Shown here: one piece after another, positions 28,433 through 38,543 of the stretch
Layout of the letters: each line of letters begins with the position of its first letter
How positions within the stretch are numbered: position 1 is the stretch's first letter
DNA from: a virus
Lineage: Duplodnaviria > Caudoviricetes
DNA: 56,092 nucleotides
Strand: one strand, 5' to 3'
Virus record (IMG/VR): IMGVR_UViG_3300037264_000469
Coordinates: 1 to 56,092 of that record
The notes under the pieces: model-generated
The model's database searches: none
Told to the model about the DNA's origin: nothing
Seen by the model: only the letters and a program-made list of their open reading frames with translations
Translations under genes and position numbers: made by a program

Positions 28433-30244
28433 TTATGGTTTTATCCATTCGTATTTATAATGTCCACAATCCCATATTCTATCATATCCGTTTAATTGCA
28501 TATTTTGCCATTCAGATAATTTAGGATCAAATGTTTTTAATTTTTTAGATAGTTGATCCTTTCTAAAGTTAAATCTATGATGCCGTACATTATTAGAATT
28601 AAAATACCAATAATTTGAAGGTGTATTTCCAACCAATTTGAATCCTATTTTTGGATAAAAAGAATTTTCATCGCTCCATCTTCTATCGGCATAAGATATT
28701 ATTTTATCTGGATTATATGTTTTTATAAAATAAGTTAATAATTTACTTCCTATTCCTACTACAGATTTAGAAGTACAAAATCTATACATTTCATAAACAT
28801 TATTTGTTGTGGTTTTATTTCCAAGAGCAAGTCTAAGTTTACCAAATGTCATAACTGCCACGAGTTCTTCTTTGTAATAAGCTCCTAATTGTAATGAAGA
28901 CCTATCATCTCCTTGTAGATGATGACTTTTTAAAAAGTCTGCGGAAGTATTATAGTTAATAATTTTTATTTCACATTTTCTTGCGTAAACCTTTTCTTTA
29001 TCACACATCAACAAATGCTTTAATTTAGATTTTACAATTTCCGGTTTATAATTCCACTCATCCCCAAAAATATGAATTAATTTTATGTTTATTTTTTTAC
29101 ATTCCAATGTTTTATTTAAATGATAATATTTATTCTTTCCCCCTGCTACTTCCGAATGCCAATATAATCCATTGAATTCTATAGCCAAATTTTTAAGCGG
29201 AATATATATATCAAGTTCTAATCCACTTAATGTTATTCTATTATTTTCTAAAATTTCCCCAGAAAATATAGATTTTATATAATCAATAACTTCTTGCTGA
29301 GGTTTTGATACCGGAATAGGATAACAAATTGGGCAACGTGGTTTCTTACCATTACACATTGTATCTTCAAATTTTGTATTGCAAATTTTACATTGAAATT
29401 CATATTTTTTATATTCTTGGGAACCACTATACTCAGACTCATTAAAAAGAAAATTTACAAATGGTTGATATTTTTTATATAATTTTCTAAAACCTACTTT
29501 TATAAAACAATTATGATAAGAACCAAAGTTTTTTATTATTGTAGATGTTCTTTTATGAGAGAAATCTAAAGTACCATATTTTTCCAATGTAGTATTTCTA
29601 GCCTTATCGGAGAAATCTAAAGTACCATATTTTTCTAACTTTGTTTTATTACTTTTTTCATTTACATTTAATGTTCCATACTTAAGTAACTTTGTAGATA
29701 GTGTTTTATTTATAATTTTATCCGATTGCATTGGATTATATGTGTTATATTTTTTCAAACATGTTTCTTTTGCAAGAATTCTATTATTATAATTCTCATT
29801 TCCATATTTTTTAAATTTTGTTTTTTTAACTTTTTCGGAAAAATTTTCCAATTGAGAAGTATACTTTACACCATATTTTTCCATGTTGTTTTCTGTCAAC
29901 GATTTCATTCGCTTTTCATTCCTGATATTGGACGCAGCATAATTTTTTTCACATTCCGGAGAACATAATTTGTATTTATGTGAACTTTTCTGAACAATAA
30001 ATGATTTTTCACAAAAAATACAACTTCTTTCAACCAAATTAGTATTCTTCTGGTATACATTGTGACATTTAATATCACAAAATGTTTTTTTAACAACAGA
30101 AGATCTTCCTAATAATTTATTGCAATTTTTACAAAATACATCTGAAGAATTATTATAAATAATTTTACATTCTGAATTACAAAATGAACCAGAAAAACTA
30201 TTTCCTAACCTTTTTTTACACTGTTTACAATATCTATATGACAT
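28433..30244 (-). CDS. homing-endonuclease-like protein (paralog of 17936..19441) with C-terminal GNAT (Mom-like) domain
   Basis: Multiple CxxC, KYG repeats, ELDIYIP..NLAIEFNGLYWHSE, YARKC...HHLQG...RFCT...GSKLL...SYADRRWS, IWDCG. Confidence 0.75.
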   Translation of the reverse strand: MSYRYCKQCKKRLGNSFSGSFCNSECKIIYNNSSDVFCKNCNKLLGRSSVVKKTFCDIKCHNVYQKNTNLVERSCIFCEKSFIVQKSSHKYKLCSPECEKNYAASNIRNEKRMKSLTENNMEKYGVKYTSQLENFSEKVKKTKFKKYGNENYNNRILAKETCLKKYNTYNPMQSDKIINKTLSTKLLKYGTLNVNEKSNKTKLEKYGTLDFSDKARNTTLEKYGTLDFSHKRTSTIIKNFGSYHNCFIKVGFRKLYKKYQPFVNFLFNESEYSGSQEYKKYEFQCKICNTKFEDTMCNGKKPRCPICYPIPVSKPQQEVIDYIKSIFSGEILENNRITLSGLELDIYIPLKNLAIEFNGLYWHSEVAGGKNKYYHLNKTLECKKINIKLIHIFGDEWNYKPEIVKSKLKHLLMCDKEKVYARKCEIKIINYNTSADFLKSHHLQGDDRSSLQLGAYYKEELVAVMTFGKLRLALGNKTTTNNVYEMYRFCTSKSVVGIGSKLLTYFIKTYNPDKIISYADRRWSDENSFYPKIGFKLVGNTPSNYWYFNSNNVRHHRFNFRKDQLSKKLKTFDPKLSEWQNMQLNGYDRIWDCGHYKYEWIKP

Positions 30245-30273
30245 ATATACCTTTTAAGTTGTAATGGATATAT

Positions 30274-30302
30274 ATATTACCACGATTTATAAATAATGTC
30301 AA
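30274..30302 (-). promoter_or_regulatory. sigma70-type promoter for the endonuclease-like gene
   Basis: TTGACA-N17-TAATAT with TG extension. Confidence 0.6.
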
Positions 30303-30303
30303 T

Positions 30304-30341
30304 AAAAAAAAGAGCGAACAAAACTTGTTCGCTCTTTTTTT
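30304..30341. terminator. bidirectional intrinsic terminator after the sheath gene
   Basis: A-run/GAGCGAACAA-aac-TTGTTCGCTC/T-run. Confidence 0.85.
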
Positions 30342-30360
30342 GTTTATAAATTATTGATTA

Positions 30361-33300
30361 TTAAGCAGTTGGAAATGTCGCGCCAGTTGGTAATATATTA
30401 AAATCCAATATAATAAATTCGGCAGACTTAGTTGGTTTCAACCAAATTTGTCCATAAAGGATATTTCTATCTACCAAATCGGGTGTATTATTGCTTTCAT
30501 CCATTACAACTTGGAATGCGTACAAACCACTTCTTTGTTGTATACTTTCTAAATATGGGTTGACAATTGACAAGAATCTGAGACGAGTTGCCGCAGTATT
30601 TTGTTCAAACACCAAATATCTTGAGGTAGTTGCGAAGAATTTTTTAATTTCAATAAGCAATCTTCGAACATTAATACGATCTAATGCCGAGGATGCTACT
30701 TGAAGTGTTTTCTGTCCCCACACCGAAATTCCTTGGCCCGGAAATGCCGCAATAGGATTAACTCTACCTTCATAAAGGGTATCTCTTTCGGAGTGAGTTG
30801 TTCTATCAGTTACTTGAACTGCTTGAGGAATACCACCACGGTTCAATCCTGCCGCAGCCCACCATTCGCCCGCTACTTTATCGTTAGAAGCGTATACAGC
30901 AGGTATAACAACAGATGGAGGAACCACTTCTATTTTGTTGGTATATATATTTTTAATTTTAATCCAAGGATAGTATGCTCCTGCATAATTTGTGTCAAAT
31001 TCTCCTGCGAGGCTAACAACTTCATCAATTTGTCCGGCTTGTGGAGTTCCATCATCAAGATACAAATCAGGAATGTAAAAACAATCTCCACGAGTTTCGC
31101 ACATGTCGAGAACACGATTTACAACATATGGATGTAATGAATAAATAATGCCGGGAGTTACAATAAGATTAATATCAAATTCGTCGGCATTTCCTAAAGC
31201 ATTAACACACTGAACGTAAGCTATTGAACCGGCGGTTGTACTTGTCGCGCAGTTTAAACCTTGGGTATTTCCCGGAACAATATTTCCACCTATAGCAATA
31301 GGAATTGCTGGAGATTGACCATCAAATCCTCCTTGGAATCCAAATACAAACTTACGCATCTTTACATGAGTCGTTTCATTTATAGGATCGAAAATAGATG
31401 GAATTATATTACTTCCTTCTAGGAACGAACCCGTCCCAACTCCATTTGCTGTAATATCTTGGTCTAATGCAAATGATACATTTTGTCCTGCGCTTATTGA
31501 TGGGTACGATACAAAACTTGGCAAAGGAGCAAAGTATTGTCTGTTATCTATTGATACTCCCGTGCCAGCAGAAGATGTAGGATACAATCCTGAAAGTTCA
31601 GCATCTGCACCAGTAGGAGCATCATCAAATACTACACCGGATGGATATTTACCAGGAAATTCTCCGTATACAGATGCTTTACTATATTTCATTGGAGCAC
31701 ACCAATATCCAGCAGAACTATTGACTGGAACGGCGTATTCTTGGAATCCATATGGGACCGCAGTATTAGGAATTGGATTCGGAGACATTTCAATTCTAAT
31801 ATACCTGCTTAAATTATCAAAATCCCCTACTTCAATAATTTTACCATCATATCTTATGTAAGAGTATTTAGATCCGATTCTACGAGCAATAAAATTAGCA
31901 GAATCTGGATTCAATGAAAGATTTTGGAATGATTCCAAAACCGAAGGCTTTCTGTCTGTATCGCTATAATTTCTTACAGTAAGAGTAAATGATCCCCAAT
32001 CACTTCCTACAACTTGTCCAGCCAATTTTACATTGGATATTTCAATTTTAAATGAAGTATTGGTAATTGTTCCGTCTGATAAAGTCCATACTTGGAATAA
32101 TGAATAACGAGTTGGAGATCCACCATTCCATGGAGAAATTTCTTGAGAAACAACCCAAGGAGTATATGCATTAGTTAATGCAAAAGCAGAGTCTCCTCCA
32201 GATGGATTTAACGAATATTCATCGGTAAAATTCATTGGTTCTCCAACAAAATCTGCCCCTGCTGGAACTGGTGCTCCAACAAATTGCCAATGAAGTGGAT
32301 CTGCTACAACGCTTTCCAAACTATTCTCAAAGAACTTATAAAGATATGCAGCTTCTAATTTTGTACCCTGTGCATATTCTGCTGGATCGCCAGCAGTTGC
32401 ATCTGAACCAAATACATTTTTAATATAATTTGTATTTCCTGAATCAAAAGAGAAGTTATATACTCCATAAGAAGAAGATGCACTCGTTTGAGTCAAGGTT
32501 AAATTGTAACTTACGCTTACAGTTCCCGACCCTGATATTTGGGACGCAGTTACCATAGTAGAACCAGAAAATCCCGGTGCTTCTAACGAAGTATTAATCG
32601 GAGCATTTTGTGTGTCAGCTAATACAGCAATTATTTTATATTCCGTATTATCAGACCAACTTCCACTACAAGGATCAAAAGTGGCATCATCCGCATCAAA
32701 TTCTCCAGTAAATGGACCAAAACTTCCGGTTATTACCCCACCAAAATAAAAAATAGGATCAGCACAAGTTCCTAAATCTTGCGTCACCGATCCACTTATA
32801 ATTGTGATATCATCAAATGGATAAACTCCAGCGGACGTAGTAACATTAGTTAACAATCCACTGCCAGACTCAGCCGATAAAACAAATTGCAAAACAGATG
32901 AAGCCGCTGATCCACTGTTAAGAACTGAGCTTGTGACTTTTATTTCGACATTTACTCTTCCGGAAATTTTTCCTAAAGATACTTCTTCATTATTATAGAG
33001 TAAACTACCACTTAAAGAAGATACACTAAATGGTGCTGCTGCACTGGCGGCAAGAGTTGCAAATGTAACGTTCAAGTCACTATTTGTAAAAACTACAGAT
33101 CCAGTAAATGCTGTATAATTATCAACATCGACTGATGATGTAATAGTTTCCCATGCCACAGTTCCATTTGTTACATATGAGGCTTGAGCATCAACAGTTC
33201 CTGCATCTTCTCCGCGCAACCATGTTCCTTTCTTGGCATATATGATATATGGAAATTTTTGATGATATCCGGTTAAAGATCCAACACGACATACAGTAAC

Positions 33301-33564
33301 AAATCCCTTTGCTTTTAAATATTCCATGGCGGTATAGGGACCATAATAGGTTCCATCCGCAACACCAAATTTAGATTCTAAATCAGCGGGAGATTCGCAG
33401 ACTGTTGGTATAAATCCCGGTCCCTTTGGAAAGGGGGCTACAACGACTGCTCCGATATCCGCGACACCCTGAGCAATACCGGAAAGATCGTTTTCGCGTG
33501 AAAAAACGCCCGGGCTTACGATTTTGTTATGAGGAGTAAAGTTTCCACCTTCAGTAATTGGCAT
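30361..33564 (-). CDS. tail sheath protein (T4 gp18-like) with large Ser/Gly-rich insertions
   Basis: SPGVFSREND.S, YYPW, PPS, W.A.AG.NRG, LY...VNPI..F.G.G...WGQKT, RINVRRL, P.KSAEFI.LDF. Confidence 0.95.
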   Translation of the reverse strand: MPITEGGNFTPHNKIVSPGVFSRENDLSGIAQGVADIGAVVVAPFPKGPGFIPTVCESPADLESKFGVADGTYYGPYTAMEYLKAKGFVTVCRVGSLTGYHQKFPYIIYAKKGTWLRGEDAGTVDAQASYVTNGTVAWETITSSVDVDNYTAFTGSVVFTNSDLNVTFATLAASAAAPFSVSSLSGSLLYNNEEVSLGKISGRVNVEIKVTSSVLNSGSAASSVLQFVLSAESGSGLLTNVTTSAGVYPFDDITIISGSVTQDLGTCADPIFYFGGVITGSFGPFTGEFDADDATFDPCSGSWSDNTEYKIIAVLADTQNAPINTSLEAPGFSGSTMVTASQISGSGTVSVSYNLTLTQTSASSSYGVYNFSFDSGNTNYIKNVFGSDATAGDPAEYAQGTKLEAAYLYKFFENSLESVVADPLHWQFVGAPVPAGADFVGEPMNFTDEYSLNPSGGDSAFALTNAYTPWVVSQEISPWNGGSPTRYSLFQVWTLSDGTITNTSFKIEISNVKLAGQVVGSDWGSFTLTVRNYSDTDRKPSVLESFQNLSLNPDSANFIARRIGSKYSYIRYDGKIIEVGDFDNLSRYIRIEMSPNPIPNTAVPYGFQEYAVPVNSSAGYWCAPMKYSKASVYGEFPGKYPSGVVFDDAPTGADAELSGLYPTSSAGTGVSIDNRQYFAPLPSFVSYPSISAGQNVSFALDQDITANGVGTGSFLEGSNIIPSIFDPINETTHVKMRKFVFGFQGGFDGQSPAIPIAIGGNIVPGNTQGLNCATSTTAGSIAYVQCVNALGNADEFDINLIVTPGIIYSLHPYVVNRVLDMCETRGDCFYIPDLYLDDGTPQAGQIDEVVSLAGEFDTNYAGAYYPWIKIKNIYTNKIEVVPPSVVIPAVYASNDKVAGEWWAAAGLNRGGIPQAVQVTDRTTHSERDTLYEGRVNPIAAFPGQGISVWGQKTLQVASSALDRINVRRLLIEIKKFFATTSRYLVFEQNTAATRLRFLSIVNPYLESIQQRSGLYAFQVVMDESNNTPDLVDRNILYGQIWLKPTKSAEFIILDFNILPTGATFPTA

Positions 33565-33675
33565 AGTCTTATCCTTCTTTCAATGATTGTTAAGTCTAAA
33601 GAAAGTTTATATTTCACTTTATAAATATCTTCCGAAAATGTCAAGATACAAATATTTATATCCTTTCTTAAACTC

Positions 33676-33963
33676 TTATGTCTTTGAAACCGTAGGGGTA
33701 AATGTACCATCATTCATGTTAAGGTTTCCCTCTCCATATTTTTTAATAATAGTGTCTATAAGGTCTTGTTCAAGTTTTTGAAGATTCTGCCAACCTTCTT
33801 TCAACCCTTTTTCTTTTGCAACAAATTCCGATACCATACGGTCTAATTCCATCTTTTCAATTTGCAGTTCCCCAAATTTGAAAACCATTGCTTGAAATTT
33901 ACTTTGTAACATTTTAACTTCAGCAAGTTCTGCTTCGGAAATTTTAATATTTTCATTTGTCAT
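33676..33963 (-). CDS. small coiled-coil hypothetical protein (likely start MTNENIK)
   Basis: ATG at 33963 after a CTATATAT motif; C-terminal KKYGEG.LN..DGTF. Confidence 0.7.
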   Translation of the reverse strand: MTNENIKISEAELAEVKMLQSKFQAMVFKFGELQIEKMELDRMVSEFVAKEKGLKEGWQNLQKLEQDLIDTIIKKYGEGNLNMNDGTFTPTVSKT

Positions 33964-34004
33964 ATACCTATATATATAGGAAAGAAATTCTTTAAACATT
34001 GGTT

Positions 34005-34682
34005 ATGAAGGTCATTTTTTGTATACCCGGAAATAACTTTTCTGGAAACTTTTTAAAATCTTGGACTTCTCTATTATTAAACTGTTTTAATAATAATATT
34101 GAGGTATTATTGTCTCAAAGATATAATCCCAACATTTATTATGTTCGATCTGAATGTCTTGGAGCAAACTTATTACGCGGAAAAAAACAAGTTCCATTTG
34201 ACAATAAAATAAATTATGATTATTTAATGTGGATTGATTCCGATCAAATATTTGCTCCAGAACATTTTTTCTCTTTATTATCCGATAATAAGGATATTGT
34301 AGGTGGATTATATCTAATGGAAGGAAGAACTCATTTTGCCTCAGTAAAAACGTGGGATGAGGATTATTTTAGAAAAAACGGAACATTTCAATATTTAACA
34401 CCAAAAGACCTTTCTAGTAATGAAGAATTAATAGAAGTTGTTTACAGTGGATTTGGATTCCTTTTAATAAAACGAGGCGTATTTGAGAGTTTAGAATATC
34501 CGTGGTTTGAACCTCAAACTATAAACTTTGGAAATGATATTGAAGATTTTGCGTCTGATGATATATCCTTTTGTATTAAAGCAAAAAAAGCAGGATATCA
34601 AATATTTGTAGATCCTAAAGTTATAATAGGACACGAAAAATCCGAAATTTTATACATTCCAAAACTTAACTTGGAAGCTTAA
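34005..34682 (+). CDS. GT-A fold (GT2-like) glycosyltransferase
   Basis: YDYLMWIDSD (DxD), GFGFLLIKRGVFE, YPWF, DDISFC, GH.K. Confidence 0.8.
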   Translation: MKVIFCIPGNNFSGNFLKSWTSLLLNCFNNNIEVLLSQRYNPNIYYVRSECLGANLLRGKKQVPFDNKINYDYLMWIDSDQIFAPEHFFSLLSDNKDIVGGLYLMEGRTHFASVKTWDEDYFRKNGTFQYLTPKDLSSNEELIEVVYSGFGFLLIKRGVFESLEYPWFEPQTINFGNDIEDFASDDISFCIKAKKAGYQIFVDPKVIIGHEKSEILYIPKLNLEA

Positions 34683-36982
34683 ATAATAAAAGAATTAACT
34701 AAAAGTGGTTGAATTGATTTTATAACTTTCTCCACGGTAATAGATTTGGAACAAAGATGGATATTTGGAGTTCCTTTATATTTAGGACAATATTCCCAAT
34801 CTTTATCAAAAACTTGTCCTTTCCAATTAAAACATCCTTGGCAAATATCTTCGGGAGGATTAATATTAATTTTATTAGAAAACTCACACCACGGATAACT
34901 AAATCCAGATATCATGGCAACTTTTTTATTCATTCCCCAAGCAATCCATGCAACCCCGGATGGTAACCCTATAAAAAATTCACAATGGAACAAATATTTC
35001 TGAACATCTGCTACAGATTCTACATTTGCATTAATAACATTAGATATATTTCTATCCGTTTTGCTAATATTAACAACCCTATATCCTCTCTCATTCAAAT
35101 ATAAAGCCAAGTTCTCCCACCCCTCGGGGTAATGCCAATATTTACATAAAGATGTAGATTCTGTAGCAATGCAAATATATTTTTCTACTATTGGTCTTTC
35201 TACATTTGGAATATGTAATAGAGGTCGAATTTCTTTATAATCTAACCCCAAAATATCAGAAGCTACTTTTTGTAAGGGCATTTCATTCCAAGGATGTGGC
35301 GAGGTAGATCTATTTTCGGTATTAAAACATCCAATTGAATATGACGCAAATATGTTATTGATTCCACTACCAGGAGATATAAATTCTAAGTCTGGATATC
35401 TTTCTTTAAATAAATCATTATGAAAAGTAGATACAATTACATGACAGTTGTGTTTTTTTCTAAATTCTTCTACATAAGGTATCCACGCAATATTATCTCC
35501 AAGAGCAGCACTATCAAATCCAATAAAAACTCTTTGCCCAGTCAAATTTATTTTATCGTCAAAAATACATTGATTATTAGTTATTATTCTTATTTTCCAA
35601 TCCAAATAATACTTGGTAAATGGTCGCGTCCATTGGCTTGGCTTTAAATTAGCCGCGTAAGTAATAAAATTATTTTTTTGATCTATGAATTCTACTCTAT
35701 AATCTTGATTTGGATCTCCTCCTTTAAGTTCTATATAAGGGCCATCAACATAATGGCGAATTATTTGAAGTGGAGGGTGTTTTTTAGCGAAAACTCTTTC
35801 TTTTGCTGGAGTTATTTCATTATAAAAAGATATCAATTTATTTTTAAAAAAAACATTTTCGTCTTTTTTCTTTAAAATCTCTTCATTATAAATAATTTCG
35901 TTTATTTTTCTTGCCACTGGGGGGGTTTTAACACAGTGAAACATAAAAACATCATCTTTATTTCTCGGAATATACGATTGAGAAGGATATCCTAAACTAA
36001 AATTATTTAAGTCGTTTAAATGTTCTTTTTGAGAATTGAAATAATAAAAAAACTTTACATCCTTTTCGGTGTGTATATTAATGGACGCAAATGTAAAGAG
36101 TGCTTTTGTTTTTCTTTTCCACAACAAACAATTCAATAATAATTCATCATGAAGATATTCTTCTAAACGTATTTTTGCTATTTCGTTAGATGTGCATATT
36201 TCGTGCCATTCTTCCAGTAGATCTTTATGAGTTATATTGTAATGAATTACATTAGTCATTCCATGAGGCATAAATTGATTTTCCGGAGTTCCTAATTTTA
36301 AATATTCTCTTACCTTTGGTCCGGGAATATATAAAGTTCCATTCATTATAATATAATCCCACGCACTTTTTTGTAAAATTAACATATTTTCTTGCGGAGG
36401 AGAATAATTTACAAACTTTTCTATATTACTTCTAACCTGAATATCGGAATCCATAAATAAACCATTCGCAATTCCATCTTTTAAAGATTGTAATAATATT
36501 TTTGGTTTAGTTAAGAGAACCGTATCATGGTCGGGGCATTTCTCGTTATTATCAAAATATACATTTTCTAAATTATGACTTTTGATTTTAGAATGATAAT
36601 TTATAGTGTAATGATAAATTGGTGTATTAGTATATTTTCTTATTCCATCTATTAAACAAGATGTTATTTCTTCAAATTTGTCATTTGATATTAAAACTAT
36701 AGACGTAGAACTTTTATTTTTATTAATTTGATCTTTATATATACATGTACTATTTTGAAAAATATCTATATAAAATTCTTCGGTATTCCAAGTATTAAAA
36801 AAATTATTATATATAAAAGAAAAAGTTTTTTCTTCTGTCGGTAAAAAATCACAAACCTGAAAAATTACTTCATGAAAATATATATTTTTTACAGATACAA
36901 AACATTCTTTTAAAAATTTATTTGATAAATTTTTAACGCTTATTCTATTTTCAAGAAGTTTAATATCGAAGATTTTTTGCAT
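34679..36982 (-). CDS. TibC/AAH-like (autotransporter O-heptosyltransferase, GT9-related) fused to an N-terminal GT-A domain
   Basis: LGDNIAW..Y..EFRKKH.C, K.W....GW, FFIGLPSG.AW.AW, ISGFS....EF, Cys4 motif CQGC..CP..C; N-terminal KP..L...MDSD. Confidence 0.82.
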   Translation of the reverse strand: MQKIFDIKLLENRISVKNLSNKFLKECFVSVKNIYFHEVIFQVCDFLPTEEKTFSFIYNNFFNTWNTEEFYIDIFQNSTCIYKDQINKNKSSTSIVLISNDKFEEITSCLIDGIRKYTNTPIYHYTINYHSKIKSHNLENVYFDNNEKCPDHDTVLLTKPKILLQSLKDGIANGLFMDSDIQVRSNIEKFVNYSPPQENMLILQKSAWDYIIMNGTLYIPGPKVREYLKLGTPENQFMPHGMTNVIHYNITHKDLLEEWHEICTSNEIAKIRLEEYLHDELLLNCLLWKRKTKALFTFASINIHTEKDVKFFYYFNSQKEHLNDLNNFSLGYPSQSYIPRNKDDVFMFHCVKTPPVARKINEIIYNEEILKKKDENVFFKNKLISFYNEITPAKERVFAKKHPPLQIIRHYVDGPYIELKGGDPNQDYRVEFIDQKNNFITYAANLKPSQWTRPFTKYYLDWKIRIITNNQCIFDDKINLTGQRVFIGFDSAALGDNIAWIPYVEEFRKKHNCHVIVSTFHNDLFKERYPDLEFISPGSGINNIFASYSIGCFNTENRSTSPHPWNEMPLQKVASDILGLDYKEIRPLLHIPNVERPIVEKYICIATESTSLCKYWHYPEGWENLALYLNERGYRVVNISKTDRNISNVINANVESVADVQKYLFHCEFFIGLPSGVAWIAWGMNKKVAMISGFSYPWCEFSNKININPPEDICQGCFNWKGQVFDKDWEYCPKYKGTPNIHLCSKSITVEKVIKSIQPLLVNSFII

Positions 36983-38543
36983 AAATTACTCCCATGTTAC
37001 TATCTAACATATTAACGTTAGTATCATATCCATAGTATGGCAACCATGTATAATCAAAATCATTTCTGGCTAATTTTTCTATTATTGATAAAACTTTATA
37101 ATTGGTATTATCATGAAATTCTATTATCATTTGTTTAATTCTACAAAGATTTTTATCAGAAATACTATCGAAAAACATATACTCCGCGCCCTCAATATCT
37201 ATTTTCATAAAATCCAGTATATTTTCTTTTATTTCATTTTCAAATAAAACATCTGGTGTTATAGTGGGAACCTTTATTGTATTTATTGTTTTTTGAGAAT
37301 CAATTATTGGAAATACGCTAGATACAACTGAAACATCTTCACATTGATAAAAATCTATTGAAGTCATACTGTCGTATACAGCATTAGGAATAATTTTTAC
37401 ATTTTTATAATGCCCTAGTATTTCGATCAACATACTTGTATTTCTGGGGTTGGCTTCCACCATATAAATTTTACAATTTGGATCTACTACGAAATTAATG
37501 CTTGCCATCCCAATATTTGTTCCAATATCCAAATAATTTTTTATATTTTTTAATTTATCATTTAAATTTACATCTTCATAAATTTTAAAATTAATTAAGG
37601 CATTGAAATCTTGTAGTTTTCTATGTTCTTTATATTTATTTCGCTTAAATTTATTACACAGTGGATGTTTTAAAGAAAAATCTTTAACATTGAAATTTTT
37701 TATTATTTTAGTTTTGGAATTTTTAGGAATAAATTCTACATAAAACCCATTTTGTAATTCGGAATTTATTGGTGGAAGTATCCACAAAGTTAATTTTGGG
37801 GGAATGACTCTATTTTTAAGGAAATAAACCTCGAGATCTGTGAAATAATCAAATATATAAATATCCCCATCAAACATAGCCTCAGACTCATTAGAAATAT
37901 AATATCTATTTTCTAATGCATTATATGAAACTTGAAGTCCAGAATAATCATATCCTACTTTATCTATTTTATTGTCACCAAAAAATTCTGCTTTATTTGG
38001 ATACGTAAATATTTTATGTTCTAGTTTTTTCTCTTTAATTGTTAAAACCCAGCACAATTCCAAAAGATTGCACTTGGCAAACATTTCTTCGATGGTCTTG
38101 TAAACCGGAAAGGTATCCAATAAGAAATTTACATTACAGAAAAAACTATTGGTTGCCAAAAAATATTCTCCCCACTGACAAGAAACAAAATCATATTTAT
38201 AATCTTTGATCCAGTCTTTAAAATGATGGATATCTACAATTTCACTATCATATGTTATTTTATATGCCCATTCTATTCCCACAAACCTTAAGTGTTCAAA
38301 GGACTGTCGTATTAGAACATTTTCTGCCACCCCATGAGAATATTTTCTATCATCAATTATATTTGACCTTTCGTATATAACATAATCACATTTTTCTTGA
38401 ATATCTTCTGGTATGATAGAATGAGAAGATAACACTAAATAATAATTTTCGGTAGAAATTTTATTTATCATATCACGAAGACATTCTAATCCTTCGTCTG
38501 AACTTTGATAATAAGTTATAACCCATCCTATTTTTTTATTCAT
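36960..38543 (-). CDS. FkbM-family methyltransferase with an N-terminal GT-like domain
   Basis: LDIGTNIG, VEANP, DFMKIDIEGAE, IIEFH. Confidence 0.82.
   Translation of the reverse strand: MNKKIGWVITYYQSSDEGLECLRDMINKISTENYYLVLSSHSIIPEDIQEKCDYVIYERSNIIDDRKYSHGVAENVLIRQSFEHLRFVGIEWAYKITYDSEIVDIHHFKDWIKDYKYDFVSCQWGEYFLATNSFFCNVNFLLDTFPVYKTIEEMFAKCNLLELCWVLTIKEKKLEHKIFTYPNKAEFFGDNKIDKVGYDYSGLQVSYNALENRYYISNESEAMFDGDIYIFDYFTDLEVYFLKNRVIPPKLTLWILPPINSELQNGFYVEFIPKNSKTKIIKNFNVKDFSLKHPLCNKFKRNKYKEHRKLQDFNALINFKIYEDVNLNDKLKNIKNYLDIGTNIGMASINFVVDPNCKIYMVEANPRNTSMLIEILGHYKNVKIIPNAVYDSMTSIDFYQCEDVSVVSSVFPIIDSQKTINTIKVPTITPDVLFENEIKENILDFMKIDIEGAEYMFFDSISDKNLCRIKQMIIEFHDNTNYKVLSIIEKLARNDFDYTWLPYYGYDTNVNMLDSNMGVIYAKNLRY

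Noticed and set aside
5748-33627. Plus-strand TATAAATA as genuine T4 late promoters
   Set aside because: They point away from the adjacent genes and mostly have no plus-strand ORF downstream; treated as a minus-strand motif instead
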